64,000 nucleotides of DNA from Lophium mytilinum (lineage: Eukaryota), in contig MU004190.1 in NCBI GenBank assembly GCA_010093605.1, forward strand, positions 682,001 to 746,000, in the 5' to 3' direction. How positions within the stretch are numbered: the first letter of the stretch is position 1; each line of letters starts with the position of its first letter. The notes below the pieces were generated by a model. The model did no database searches, was not told the DNA's origin, and saw only the letters and a list, made by a program, of their open reading frames with translations. Positions 14,108 to 25,469 of the stretch are shown here, piece after piece. A program made the position numbers and the translations under genes.

Positions 14108-14463
14108 CCGCACAGACAATGTCTATATCCCAGCGGCATAACGCCCCCTCACGTGCAGTATCCCTCGCTCTCCTCGGAAGCATCGTCGAATGCCTAGCAA
14201 GGGTAAAAGATGGGGATGCGGAGAAAATCTGGGGCAAACAGGGATGCGCGTTTCACCCGCATGTCGCTTCGATTGGCCCGTGCCTTCAACGGGTATCGTC
14301 GTCCCCAAGTTCCGAATCACGTTCCGAACTCTTCGACTGACTAGTCCGGTTCCGAGAAAAGCGAGAAACGCTACTATTGGTCGTTGAATTCAACGTCGCG
14401 ATGAAGCGTATTGAAGAAACGATGTCTGGAGCTTGTGTTGCGGGATGAAGCAACGTAGAGACC

Positions 14464-15498
14464 ATGTCTGCTTCAAATCGACTGCAGCAAGTGCAGAGCC
14501 ATCTGGAGGCTGCTGATCCATTCGCTCAAGACCGTACTCGGATTGATGGCCATGTTGTCCTGATAACGGGAGCTGCGCAAGGTGAGTTCATCCTAGAATC
14601 CTGATCATCTGGATACTGCTGACCACCGAAGAGGCATTGGTAGAGCTACGGCGAGTCTGCTGGCTCGACAGGGCGCGAGGATTGCCATCAATGATCTGGA
14701 CGAAGCGAAAGCAAAGCTAGCCGTGGACGAGCTGACGGCTGCTGGACATGAAGCGTTTCACGTTGCGGGGGATATGCTGGATGAGGGCTTTCCGCCCAAG
14801 TTGGTCAATGCTGTTATCCAACGCTTCGGCAAGATCAACTGCTTGATAAACAATGCAGGTAGGGTGAACTGAGAGTTCTGTGGTGTTGATGCTAACGTTG
14901 CGCAGGCTTCTGCTTTGACAGTGCCCTTCACAAAATGTCGGAAGAGAAGTTCGACGTGATAATGAAGATCCACAACTATGTGCCTTACCGCATGATCAAG
15001 GCTCTGTCAACGCACTGGATGGACCCGGCAAACCTCGAAATGCCAAAATGTGTAATAAACATAGCTTCCACATCCGGTCTACACGGAGCGATGGGGCAGA
15101 TCAACTATTCCACAGCCAAAGCAGGAATCATCGGGATGACGAAGACGGTCGCATCAGAATGGGCTCGGTGAGTCCATCATACTCTCTTACCCCCTTCTCT
15201 AGGACACATACTGACACATTATAGTTATAATGTGCGTGCCAATACGGTGGCATACGGATGGATAGATACGCGTATAACGCGCCCTCCTACAGGCGCGGAA
15301 AAGATGGTTCTTGCTGGCCAGGAGATTGTTAGCGGAATTCCACTCAATGCTAAGAAATGGAGAGATACGAGCGATATTCCTCTGGGAAGACCTGGAACCA
15401 TAACTGATGCCGCTGGCGTAATGCTATTTTTAGCTTGTCCGCTGTCTTCTTATGTGACGGGGACCGTTATCGAGTGTACGGGAGGGCGTTATATGTAG
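14464..15498 (+). CDS. SDR, 3-oxoacyl-reductase/hydroxyacyl-CoA dehydrogenase-like, N-terminal PTS2
   Basis: MSASNRLQQVQSHL (RL-x5-HL), LITGAAQ|GIG, INNAG, GQINYSTAKAG, ECTGGRYM*. Confidence 0.9.
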
Positions 15499-15754
15499 TA
15501 AAGAACCAATAAGCTCCGTACCATCCCAGCCTTTTCCATAATATGAAGATTTGTAGTGGCATTAGGTAGCAACCCATGGTGCACTGATCGAAGCTTACGC
15601 CAGCTAGCGAGCACGCGCTTACGGTTTGCTATCTTGTATGCCGCCAGCTAGCAATCCCATGTCCAAAAGCAATCTTGGTTTTTCTCAGCCGTGGGGGCGG
15701 AGTTGGACGCAAAGGATTCCCATCCCAGAGTAGGGAAAAGGTTGTGAGAGCCTT

Positions 15755-16494
15755 CCTTAGCGCGCTAATCCCGTACGCGAACACGATGCCAGCATCATGT
15801 CCAGATGCTTTTGAAAGATGAAATCATTTCAACCTTAATATAATGGGACAATGATGTCTCATAGAACTTATGTTGTATGAACATGGTTTTAGGGCCTTAA
15901 CACGATTTCCTTAGAACATAATATCCTGGTCAAACATGATCTTCCTTGCGAACATGGTATTTCTACCTAGCTTACGTAAGCTTGTATTATTTTACCTTGG
16001 CACCCTCCGGCACCGGGCACCACCTTAACTACGGTAGGTAGGGGTACCTAGGTACGTTGCCACCCGTGGTGCCGTGAATAATAGACCGGTCTAGGGTAAA
16101 CTTTCTAAAAGAGGAATTATTAAGAAAGATTTAGCTTTTAAGCGTTGGTGTGCCAAAAGATACAGTATTACCGAGGGAGTAAAAGAGGGGTACCCGAGGT
16201 AATCTTAAAATGTATGTTTTTGAACATGGTATTACAGCTTAACATGATGTTATACCGAACATGGTTTTTCTTGGCAACACTTGTCCTATTAGCATGCTCT
16301 CCCAATACTAATAGGATAATACCGTGGCCTCCCTAAAATAATGCTAATCGCTAGCAAGATATTGATACAACAGGCCAATGTAAGGATCTCCAGTAGAACA
16401 CGCATGTTAACATCATGCTAGCATCATGTCAACATAATCCTCACGGCAGCACGGTTGCAGCATCATGCTCGCGTACGGGCTTAGCGCGCTAAGG
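15755..16494. mobile_element. MITE-like non-coding element (~740 bp) with 34-bp terminal inverted repeats
   Basis: CCTTAGCGCGCTAATCCCGTACGCGAACACGATG (15755-15788) vs reverse complement of 16461-16494 with 3 mismatches; AT-rich interior with repeated AACATG(A/G)T motifs; no TSD seen. Confidence 0.65.
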
Positions 16495-17077
16495 TTGTTA
16501 AGGAGGCTGCCACCAGCCACAGCTGCACCCCATTCCCGTAAACCACTTACCGCAAAGTCAAGAAAATGCCGACCCACGTGGGCGGAGCGACCCCGAACCC
16601 AAGAGAATGGGCACAGGTAGGAGCCTGAGGTTGGTGATGGTGGCAAGGCTGCAATCAGCCAATGGGGCTGCAGTCAGCCACAAGTTGCATCGCCACAGCA
16701 GCCACAGCACAGCATTACTAGGCCTATTTTGGGCCAGCTCATCTCGTGTACAAGGTCGTTTTGGGTAGGAGGGGAGTACCCATCCGTGAGATAGACTCAG
16801 GTAAGGGTTTAGGCTGTGGTGTATATGAATGTGAGAGTCCTGGAGTCCAAGGCGTATATCGACGTCGCTATATGCATTTCTCCCGCGCGTATCACCCCTG
16901 AATCCTAGTCAGTCCTTTCAAAGAGCATAGAAGATATTGAAGAATCCTACCCTCAACCCTGTGTCCCACAATCAGCTTCTCGACGCCCGAATCACCCTCT
17001 CAAGGAGCACAAAGATCCCCAAAATACTAGAGTCCCCAACCTGGACACTTCTTCTACCTAGGGACCCACTCTCAACC

Positions 17078-18073
17078 ATGGATGGATCCCTCCCTCAAAA
17101 GAAAAAGCACACAACCTTTCAAAAACCCTCCAACAACCTCCAACCCCCAACCGCATCCATGCCTTACCACGAAGCCAACGGCAACGGCAACCGCAAAACC
17201 CTCACCGTCCACCATTCCCACCCTCAAAACAAGAAGCAAACCAATCAAGCATCCCACCCCAAGACCATCAACAATGCCCCATCACTCTCACCCATGAGCT
17301 ACGACCAAGCCAACCGCAACCGCAACCACAACCCCCTCCACCGCCTCCACTCACTCTCTCCGCGCCGCCTCCGCACCCTCTTCCGCTCCCCCTCTTCCCA
17401 CACCCCTTTCCCCCTCCTCGCCCTCCCCGCCGAACTCCGCAACGCCATCTACACCCGCGCCCTAACCCCCTGCATCACCACCCCCTCTCTCTCCATCCAC
17501 TCACCCCGCCACCCCCCCTCCTCCCCCCTCTTCGCCGTCTCGCGCCAAATCCGCCACGAAGCCCTCGACGTCTTCTACCGCACTCTCTACCACCTCCAGC
17601 GCTTCCACGCGCCCTACCCCCACCGCACCTTCGCGACCTTCGCGTCCCACCTCGGCGCGGATAGGTTGAAATCGCTGCGGCAGATTAGTGTTTCGTTGCC
17701 CGCGGAGGGCTACCGCTTCGATGTGGACGAGGTGCTCGCGACGCTGCCGCAGCTGAGGAGTGTGGAGGGGCGGATTGATGATATGAGCGTGACGGCGTGT
17801 GAGTGTAAAGTGAGGATACGGTGTCGGTGTGGCGCGCCGTATTACCGGGATTGGAGGGGGGTGTTGGGGGAGAGTGAGGAGTTTAGGGTGTTGAGGGAGT
17901 TGGTGGGGAAAGGGATGCGGGTGAGGGTGGTGTGGAAGACGCAGGAGAGAGATGAGGAGGGGGGCTGGTTGGTGAGGGATGATATGTTTAGGACGACGCA
18001 GCATAAAAGGTGGTTGGCCGAAGTGGAGGAGTGGATTGGGTGTGAGAGGAGGGAGGTGGAGGGGGTGAGATGA
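17078..18073 (+). CDS. Hypothetical protein with F-box-like motif
   Basis: Intronless ORF; FPLLALPAELRNAIY and LFAVSRQIRHEALDVFY motifs typical of fungal F-box-like orphan families; start uncertain. Confidence 0.7.
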   Translation: MDGSLPQKKKHTTFQKPSNNLQPPTASMPYHEANGNGNRKTLTVHHSHPQNKKQTNQASHPKTINNAPSLSPMSYDQANRNRNHNPLHRLHSLSPRRLRTLFRSPSSHTPFPLLALPAELRNAIYTRALTPCITTPSLSIHSPRHPPSSPLFAVSRQIRHEALDVFYRTLYHLQRFHAPYPHRTFATFASHLGADRLKSLRQISVSLPAEGYRFDVDEVLATLPQLRSVEGRIDDMSVTACECKVRIRCRCGAPYYRDWRGVLGESEEFRVLRELVGKGMRVRVVWKTQERDEEGGWLVRDDMFRTTQHKRWLAEVEEWIGCERREVEGVR

Positions 18074-18540
18074 AAGAGGGCGATGATAGGTTGTGCAGAG
18101 CTTGGAAGACGTTGAACGAAGCTGTTGAATGGGAATGATGGTGAGACGGTGGCTCGCATAGCTGCAATGCAGCCTCCTGTGTATATGTAGGCATCTAGCA
18201 GTTTTTCAGCTTGTTCGTTGAGGACTCTCCAAACTTGCGCGAGGTTATTACAATTTCGGGTTGGCGAAATGTTAGACTTGAATCAATACATAACCTACAT
18301 TTCGCGCATGTTTCATAGTGCTTGAGTTTCCACTCTTCCCTAGCTTCTCCTCGCCGACGCCGCGATAAAATTCGGGTACTGGTTGCGCAATGTGCGCGAC
18401 AAGCCAATCCCACAAGATTCAAATTCCTTCGTGAGTAATAGCCTTCGTACAATTGTCGAGCCCAACCTCACAAAACCTGATCAAGCTCAATTCCAATTTA
18501 CTAAAACGAGAACTAGGCGGCTCTGCATCATTCCCTGCAC

Positions 18541-18860
18541 CATGAACATAACCTCCGTGTCCTTCTCATCGAAGCTGGCAAGTTAACCGACCCTTGCTCT
18601 GTCCTGTTGGAGGAGAAGAGGACGAGGTGGCGCAAAGTTGGACTACCACTCTTTTCCCACGTATAGGGTGACACTAGGCTCCGCGCTTCAGTCTGTATTC
18701 GGAAAGGCGAAGGGCAAGACTATGCGAAACTTAAGATAACCGAAGACCTGAACGTCGCTCTCTTTCGAAGGAAGACGTTTACCATCGAATTTTCGCAATG
18801 ATCGAGGGTGGGTTCACCCGTGATATGGAAGACCACGATAATGTGATAGAACCAGCTACG
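18541..18860 (+). pseudogene. Probable HET (heterokaryon incompatibility) domain relic
   Basis: Manual translation LRVLLIEAG..DP...SHV*GD...LKITEDLNVAL...VIW...**NQ resembles the HET pattern IRLL..G..DP/ALSYVWGD/ITENL..AL/WIDAICINQ; TAG at 18664-18666 where W is expected; frameshift likely. Confidence 0.4.
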
Positions 18861-19325
18861 CGCATCTTGGAGATATTGGGACGAGATCCGCCAAGGATCA
18901 TGGTTAAGTCACGGGCTCACTCTTTCTCTCTTCCACAGGTAGTCTCCGCCGCATGGGATCTCCATCTCCAGCGTCCTCGTCTTAGCGAAAATACCTGGCT
19001 CTATACTCCGCCTCTAGTACCTCCTGTCCGTGATGGTTTAAGTCTGAGACTAGGTAGTAGTAATAGCACCATGACCTACAAGCGACGCCGCATGTGTTTG
19101 CGAGTCGTGTAATTCTTTCGAGATTTGGTATCCAACACCTGGTCTATCGTAAAGGCTCCTTATTGACCATGGAGGGCATCAGAGCGTTGTGAACTCGGGG
19201 AAGAAGACCGTCAAAGGCTCGGTAAAGGGCGCTGACGTCGAACAGAGGGTCCAGCATGCCGAATTGATGAGTTGTTCCTTGCCGAATGGATGAAAAGTAA
19301 ATTAAGCCCATCTAAAGCGGTTCCC

Positions 19326-21516
19326 TCAGCTATAGCCGCCGACTTCTCCGGGAAACGAGGCCCAGAAGTCTTGTGTTGCAGTGGCCATGATCGCTTCAAC
19401 TTCAGCATCGGTCATATCGAAGTTAAAGTCCAAATCGAAGTTTGTGTCATTGTAGGCGTGGTAAGACTGTGCCGAGTCGAAGAAAGATCCGTTATTGGCT
19501 AAGGGAGTAGTGGACGGCGGTGATACGAGTTGTGTGCCATGGCCCATGGTCTGTAATATGATTAGCATCGACATTAGCGATAACTAGGTTAATAATCAAT
19601 CGAAGCTTACTTCACGAATGGGCTCTCGTTCTCGCTCTCGTTCTCGCTCTCGGTCTAGCTGCTGCGGTGCTTCCTTACTCTGAGGCTGGACGGGTGACGG
19701 TTGAAGTGCGCCGTAGTCGATCATTGCGTTCCGCAGCACGCGTCGTTCGTCCGGAGAAGCAGGACCCTCTTCGCTGTGCAGAGTTCGGTAGTATGCTTGC
19801 ATGCGCTTGATTGTTTCAAACTGCGTTGAAAATGTGGTCAGTAAAGAAAGCAAAGATGACGAAGAATAGATACGCACCCAAGTATCAGCCATCGGCCACT
19901 GGTTCTTCATCTCTTTGAGAAAAAGACAACCTTGGATGACGCGCTCGCGCGCCTTTTGCGTTATAGCAGGATCGTCGTCATCGCTAGGGAAGTTATAGCT
20001 GTACAGGACCACACCAACAGCAGTATAGATGGTAAAACCAATCCATGGAACGAGACCTCGGAGAAAGAAGACTCCAAATGTACGCATCTCTTCAAGCATC
20101 TCGCACACCATTGTAGCTTCTCTGAAGAGCTCTTTGCGAGACATCCTCTGCCATTGCTTCCAAGATTCCGAATGCTCGTTGTATGATTTGGGCGTCTCAT
20201 CTGAATGACCGTTCTGAGGCCCAAGGACTGGCAGATAGGCGCGATGGAGAAACATGAATGACATGAAATGAATACAATGCATGTAGCAAAACGCTTGGCC
20301 TTGATCGACAGCGTTGTGTGAGTGCAGAGAAAACAAATCATATTGTAATCGTGGAGGAAGAGACCCCTGCCAGGCATTGAGATCATGTATCAGTTTGTGA
20401 AACTCAGACGTTTTTGCCCATGGTAGTTCATTGTTGACGGTCGATGAGCACGCCCAGCGGGCCACCATGCCCCAGATGTTCGCTGCGCGCAAGCTATACG
20501 CGATGATGCCGAGCTCACCAACGTCGAGAGAGATTGGTGGCATCACGATCTGACCGTCTATGTTCTCGCAACATACGGGCTCTCCGAAGACGAAGTCGTC
20601 CTTTTCGCATGGCAGCTGTATCATCATATCCGACGCATCCAGCGATCGCTTTCGACCCTTCCCACCACTGAGGAGGCTATCCATCAGGAAACAGGTCCAG
20701 GCAGTCCTTCGCCTTTCTTCCATCTTGATGAACTCTTCCCGGGTGGGAAGCCGGTCTTTGGGGTACTTTGGCTCTTGGCACAAGTCCAGCATTTGCACCA
20801 TGCGGATTGCCATTCCCAGGTACATCCACGCCCGCCGACCGTTTCCTGCTCCCCAATCGTGTCCTGTGAGCATCAGGAGGGCTTGTACGCGACTAACGCT
20901 CGGTGTCTCGAGGTCGCCTTGTAGAATCTGTCTGGCATGAGCGGCAAACGCGTTGCTGGCTTCTATCTGGCTTTTGAAGGGGGCTGGAGGTTCGCGTACG
21001 AATCTGGCGGAGGTATTAGTCCCTTATCTGGCCAATAGTTGAGATGCCGACTTACCTGATAGCCAGCGCGAGGATTGCCCACGCAACCCAAGTCTCCAGT
21101 GTTTTGTCGCGCATTCGCCGCAACAGCGTCGGCGTGTGATGGAAGCTCCATTTGTAGGAGCACCGGAGATAGCTGTTCTTCACTTCGTCGGTAAGAAGAT
21201 CGTAGGGGTCGAGGGCGGCGACATGCGCCGTCGGGCTTGAGGTTTGCGGCGAGTCTTGAGGGGTGGAGCTGTTGGCATTGGATGGATCGCCGAGTCGACT
21301 GGGTGAGTCCAGAAGAGTTGGTGTATGTCCGGAGGTGCCTGGAGAGTGCAGACGCGGGCGCTTTGGCTGTCGATGGATTGAAGAAGTGCCCGGCGGAGGG
21401 AATTGGCACGAGCTGGCGCGGTTGGTAGCTTTGCATCGATCGCATGGTGGAGCGTCGTTGTGGATGCATTTCTGCTTGGCACTGCGACACGCAATACATG
21501 CCACGGGATTCCTCAT
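19326..21516 (-). CDS. Zn(II)2Cys6 fungal transcription factor
   Basis: MRNPVACIACRSAKQKCIHNDAPPCDRCKATNRASSC; RRAWMYLGMAIRM and EERRRTAWTCFLMD; RE dipeptide run near C-terminus. Confidence 0.9.
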
Positions 21517-22154
21517 GGCGGCGACGCTTTTTGGCAGCGCGAAGGCATTGGAGATGCTAGCGGGGCCGCGATGGTGTTGACTTGGGCTGTCGGCTCGTCT
21601 CGTCTCGCAGCCTTCCGAAGATCTTCGCTGGGAGCTAGGAACCTCTTTCACCGAAGCTACCCCGCCACCAAGCTGCTTTTCTGCCTACCACTCGATATCC
21701 TAATGCAAAGTCATCGATACCAGTATATATTCTGTCCGAGTGGTGCAGCATTCGTTCTACCAGCTTCTGTACTCTCTGCTCCATAGCTCTCAATCAACGG
21801 GTCCTTGCTACAGAGGTACGTCCAGCTGTTTGTTCACATGCACATAGTATATAATCGAGGAAGAACCTTTTCATCTCTCAGTGTTTAGCACGCGTCGGTG
21901 TTTCTCGGAATCATCTATATTATCTATTCGCACCTGTTTCAAATCTTCTATCCTCTCATCTTCCCCTGGTAGTAGTGCAAGACTCTGATTTTAGCTGTCT
22001 AGCGTTCGACATCAAGATCAGGAGCCTAGATAAGGAGGTCGCTTCAGTCCAGTTGAGGTACAGGACAGTAATTCGAAACAATTCTAGCCATCATACCTGA
22101 CTCGCTTTCCAAGGCCCAATTCTCCTTGCTCAGCTTCGATATCAACTATCAACC

Positions 22155-22976
22155 ATGGGCCCTACTCCACTAGAAGATACCCAATCGCCCATGCACAAGG
22201 AGACCACGAACGCAACGGACGCTTTGGGTCAAACGTCTCCTCCCCCAGACGTAGATTCTCAGATCAACAGCAATGACTCCGGACCGAGCGAGGGCAGCTC
22301 CCCGTTCCGCTTCCTCGACCTTCCAGCTGAGCTCCGCCTCCGCATTTACGAGTACTACCTCGAAGGCAAAGAGTGTACCGTACGTATTGGGTGCTTTCCC
22401 TCTAAATGCGACCATCTCCTGCCCGACGACTTGTGCACAGGACGTTATTTCTTCCTTCCGCACCCCTCTCTCATCGCTCTCCCGCGCGTCAACCATCAGA
22501 TTCGCCTAGAGATCGCGCCCTTAGTCTTCGCAACAGTACTCAGAATCTATGTCAGAGACCATATAGGCCTGATAAACTTCGCTCGCAATGTCGGCGATCT
22601 CGGCCGGAAGCGCATTGAGGTGCTACATTTCTTTTGCATCAAGAATGCCACTTTTTCTAGTTCGAAAACCTGTCCCTACAATGAGGGGCTGAGCAAATTC
22701 TCAAATCTAAAGAAACTCGACATCCAGATCTACCCAGGACCACATGACTTTATATCGCCCGTTGAGTTCGTCCAAGTGCATGGTTTGAGAAAACTGCGCG
22801 CTGCTAAAGTCGACATCACTTTCGCCGTCGTCCCATGGCACCGCCAGTACGCTGTTACGCGCGCTAAAGCACGAAAGTGGCGAGATGACCTCCGGAAAGC
22901 GATCAAGAGACCCATTCGAGGACGCAGGTCAATTGCTTCGCCTCACAGTCTCATACCGGGCAACACTCCAACGTAA
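22155..22976 (+). CDS. Hypothetical protein with F-box-like motif (273 aa)
   Basis: PFRFLDLPAELRLRIYEY and LPRVNHQIRLE motifs; intronless ATG-to-stop ORF. Confidence 0.75.
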   Translation: MGPTPLEDTQSPMHKETTNATDALGQTSPPPDVDSQINSNDSGPSEGSSPFRFLDLPAELRLRIYEYYLEGKECTVRIGCFPSKCDHLLPDDLCTGRYFFLPHPSLIALPRVNHQIRLEIAPLVFATVLRIYVRDHIGLINFARNVGDLGRKRIEVLHFFCIKNATFSSSKTCPYNEGLSKFSNLKKLDIQIYPGPHDFISPVEFVQVHGLRKLRAAKVDITFAVVPWHRQYAVTRAKARKWRDDLRKAIKRPIRGRRSIASPHSLIPGNTPT

Positions 22977-23036
22977 AAATGCAATATCATTCGTGCTCTC
23001 GCCAAGAAACACTCTATCCATCCAACACCCCTCCTC

Positions 23037-23991
23037 CTATGTCCCAACCTCATCCAAGCTCGCCACAACCACCTCCCCTCCACTCGGATTATTCGGCTGC
23101 ATTCCCTCCGTCTTAGACTTCAAAAAGCAATTCCCCGGAATCTTCACTGCGTCGAATGCCATCGTCGCATTCACCCACGCAGGCACCCACTTCACACCCA
23201 GACATGTTGCGTTCACTGCTGAATAATGGTTCAAGCTCCAGCATGCCTCAACACAGCTAGACACCGTATCCGCCATGCTGGTCACAATGTCGAAGCCCAG
23301 CCAATTGGTCGCACAGTGCAGGGTATACGGCACGTTCGCGACGGTACTCGATAGGCTATGGTTGTTGAGGTCCGGACAGCCGGTTGAAGGAGCAGCCGCT
23401 ACGGCGGAGCAAACGCCGAACGTGCTTTGACAATCCGCATTGCAGTAGTCGGCTGTGGATCCACTGTGAAAGATGTTAGGAGCAAATACAGACTCTAAGA
23501 GGATGAGAAACGTACCACCAGCCTCTCGCAGAGCAGCAATCGCCATATACCGAATCTTTGCATGTATAGCCGTTTTTCCCGCCGCATGTACCGTCCGGGG
23601 ATATCTTCCCAGTCGAAGTTGGAAGAGCTGAGGTTGATGTCGGCGAGCCTCCGGCTATGCTCGTGGAGGCCTGGCTGGGGCTCTGATTCTGTTGCGCCTT
23701 TAGTCGAGATGTCGACGCGGAGCAGGCGTCGTGTTCAATCTTCTTGGATACCATTCCGCCGATTACAGCCGCAATGACCGCAACAAGTAGAAACGCTGCT
23801 ACCGCCAAGGCGATGGTGAGTCCTTTTCGCCGCGAGGTTGTGGGAGAGGGAGGTGTCTGAGTATAGCCGGCATCCTTTTTGTACCACGGTGCACTACTGG
23901 GTACCACTTCCGGGAACTCCTCATATGCGTTGTGGACCTCGAGATCTGAGTGCTGTACCACCGGGGCTGTCATCTTGTCGTTGCGGTCCAT
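23037..23991 (-). CDS. Membrane-anchored protein with hevein/CBM18 chitin-binding module and C-terminal Cys (PAN/apple-like) module
   Basis: TM segment TIALAVAAFLLVAVIAAVIGG; S/T linker; SPDGTCGGKNGYTC..CCSARGW|CGSTADYC..CQSTFGVC; then C..CVEAC..CLGV..CFLKS; one intron ~23465-23516. Confidence 0.8.
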
Positions 23992-25469
23992 GCTTTCTGC
24001 GTCGCCAGAAGCTAAACGAAAGACTTAAAAGATACTGAGAAGGATCATGCAAAGCGGAGAACTAAAGAAATGGGTGGGGGGAGAGACCTAAAGGATGAGA
24101 GCCACGGGAAGGAAGGTTTCATGCTGCCCTGCTAAATACGCTCTATAGCAGGTGTTGGCATCTGACAGCTAGCATGATTCAACTCCTACCATCTACTTTG
24201 GGATTAAACATAGAGCTGCTCTTGGCACGCTAGGAGATCCCCTAAACTCATCAGGTCCGAAGCTGAGCTGCTAAGCGCCGCCTAGCCCAGACTCCAACTC
24301 GATAGGGCTGCAATAACGCGCCAAGAGTGGCGAGTCCTCGCCGCGGAGCCTCTCGCGTAAGCTTAACATCTTATTCCTCCGCTTCTACGTACGTACCGAC
24401 CAAGTTTTGGCGCAGAGACGTTGAGGATGTGGGAATGCAATTAGCATGCCAAGGAGCACCAACATCACAACCAACTCCCATCGTCTGCTTACCACTTCTC
24501 CTCCTCCCACACAGCCATAGAGTAAATACAAAACAACGACCTCTCCCGCTCCTCCCGCGCTAGCATTCTTCAGCCAAGGAACGAGGCGTCCCACTGCCCG
24601 CAAATCTTATTCTGACGGCGAAACGTGCGCCGCAGCAAGGGTTGCTGCGGCCTGCCCCCTGTTGGTGGCCGACGCCTCCTGAGTGGGCACGCACCAGGAA
24701 AAGCGTTGGAGCTGCCCCACCACAGCCTCTCCTCATAGGGCTCGAGGTCAACGAAATTATTAACGTCGAACCGTGCGCTGCAGTGGTGGCGGCTGTTCGG
24801 CGCCTTGGCGAAGGGGACTAGCGGCTGCTCGGCTGATGAAGCGTGCCAAGGGGCTGCTAAATGTTGGGTCATTCTGGGGCTGTGGGTGTTGGTGTGTTTG
24901 GGGTTTTTATTGCAGGTTGGGACATCTTTGTAGAGAGCGTGACTCGTGGAGAGCGGAGGGGGGCTTGCATGCTCGGTTCTGGAAGTTCTGGAAATTGTGC
25001 GACTTGTGAAACTACGTAATTAGGTGCTGGGGAGACGGGCCGTTATCCTGGTGCTGTCTGGGAATGGTTGATTTTGAGGGTGGTCGGTTATATCTAGAGC
25101 TTTTTTAAATTGCTTGGTTTCTTACGCCAAGGAGGCGGGATGGTGAAGGGAAGGATTGGGATCCTTACATGGAGATTTACGCGATGTCCGGTATTTCGAG
25201 ATGTCGATAAGCAGTGCAGGCATTAAATAGCTTTCACTCATGATGGGAAAGTGATGTGGTGTGCTTGATCGTAGCGTCGTTTTCTAGCCTACGTCGGGCA
25301 CTAAAAGCAGTGGGATACCCCGGCCCCTATGAGCCACCTCGAACAGCGCCAACCACTTGTTGAAATCCCCTGTATACACTACACTTACATCTCTACGAAG
25401 TCACTCAAACACCACCATACAGCTATCTTGATATCTATCGAGTTGCCTGGAGTGCCTACATACACATCC

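Noticed and set aside
24327..25009. Short ORFs and short inverted matches
   Set aside because: No coherent reading frame, and the inverted matches are too short to be significant.
25255..25351. Possible additional degenerate copy of the 96-bp element (GAGCCACCTCGAACAGCGCC)
   Set aside because: One arm is convincing but the partner is too degenerate, so it was not counted.
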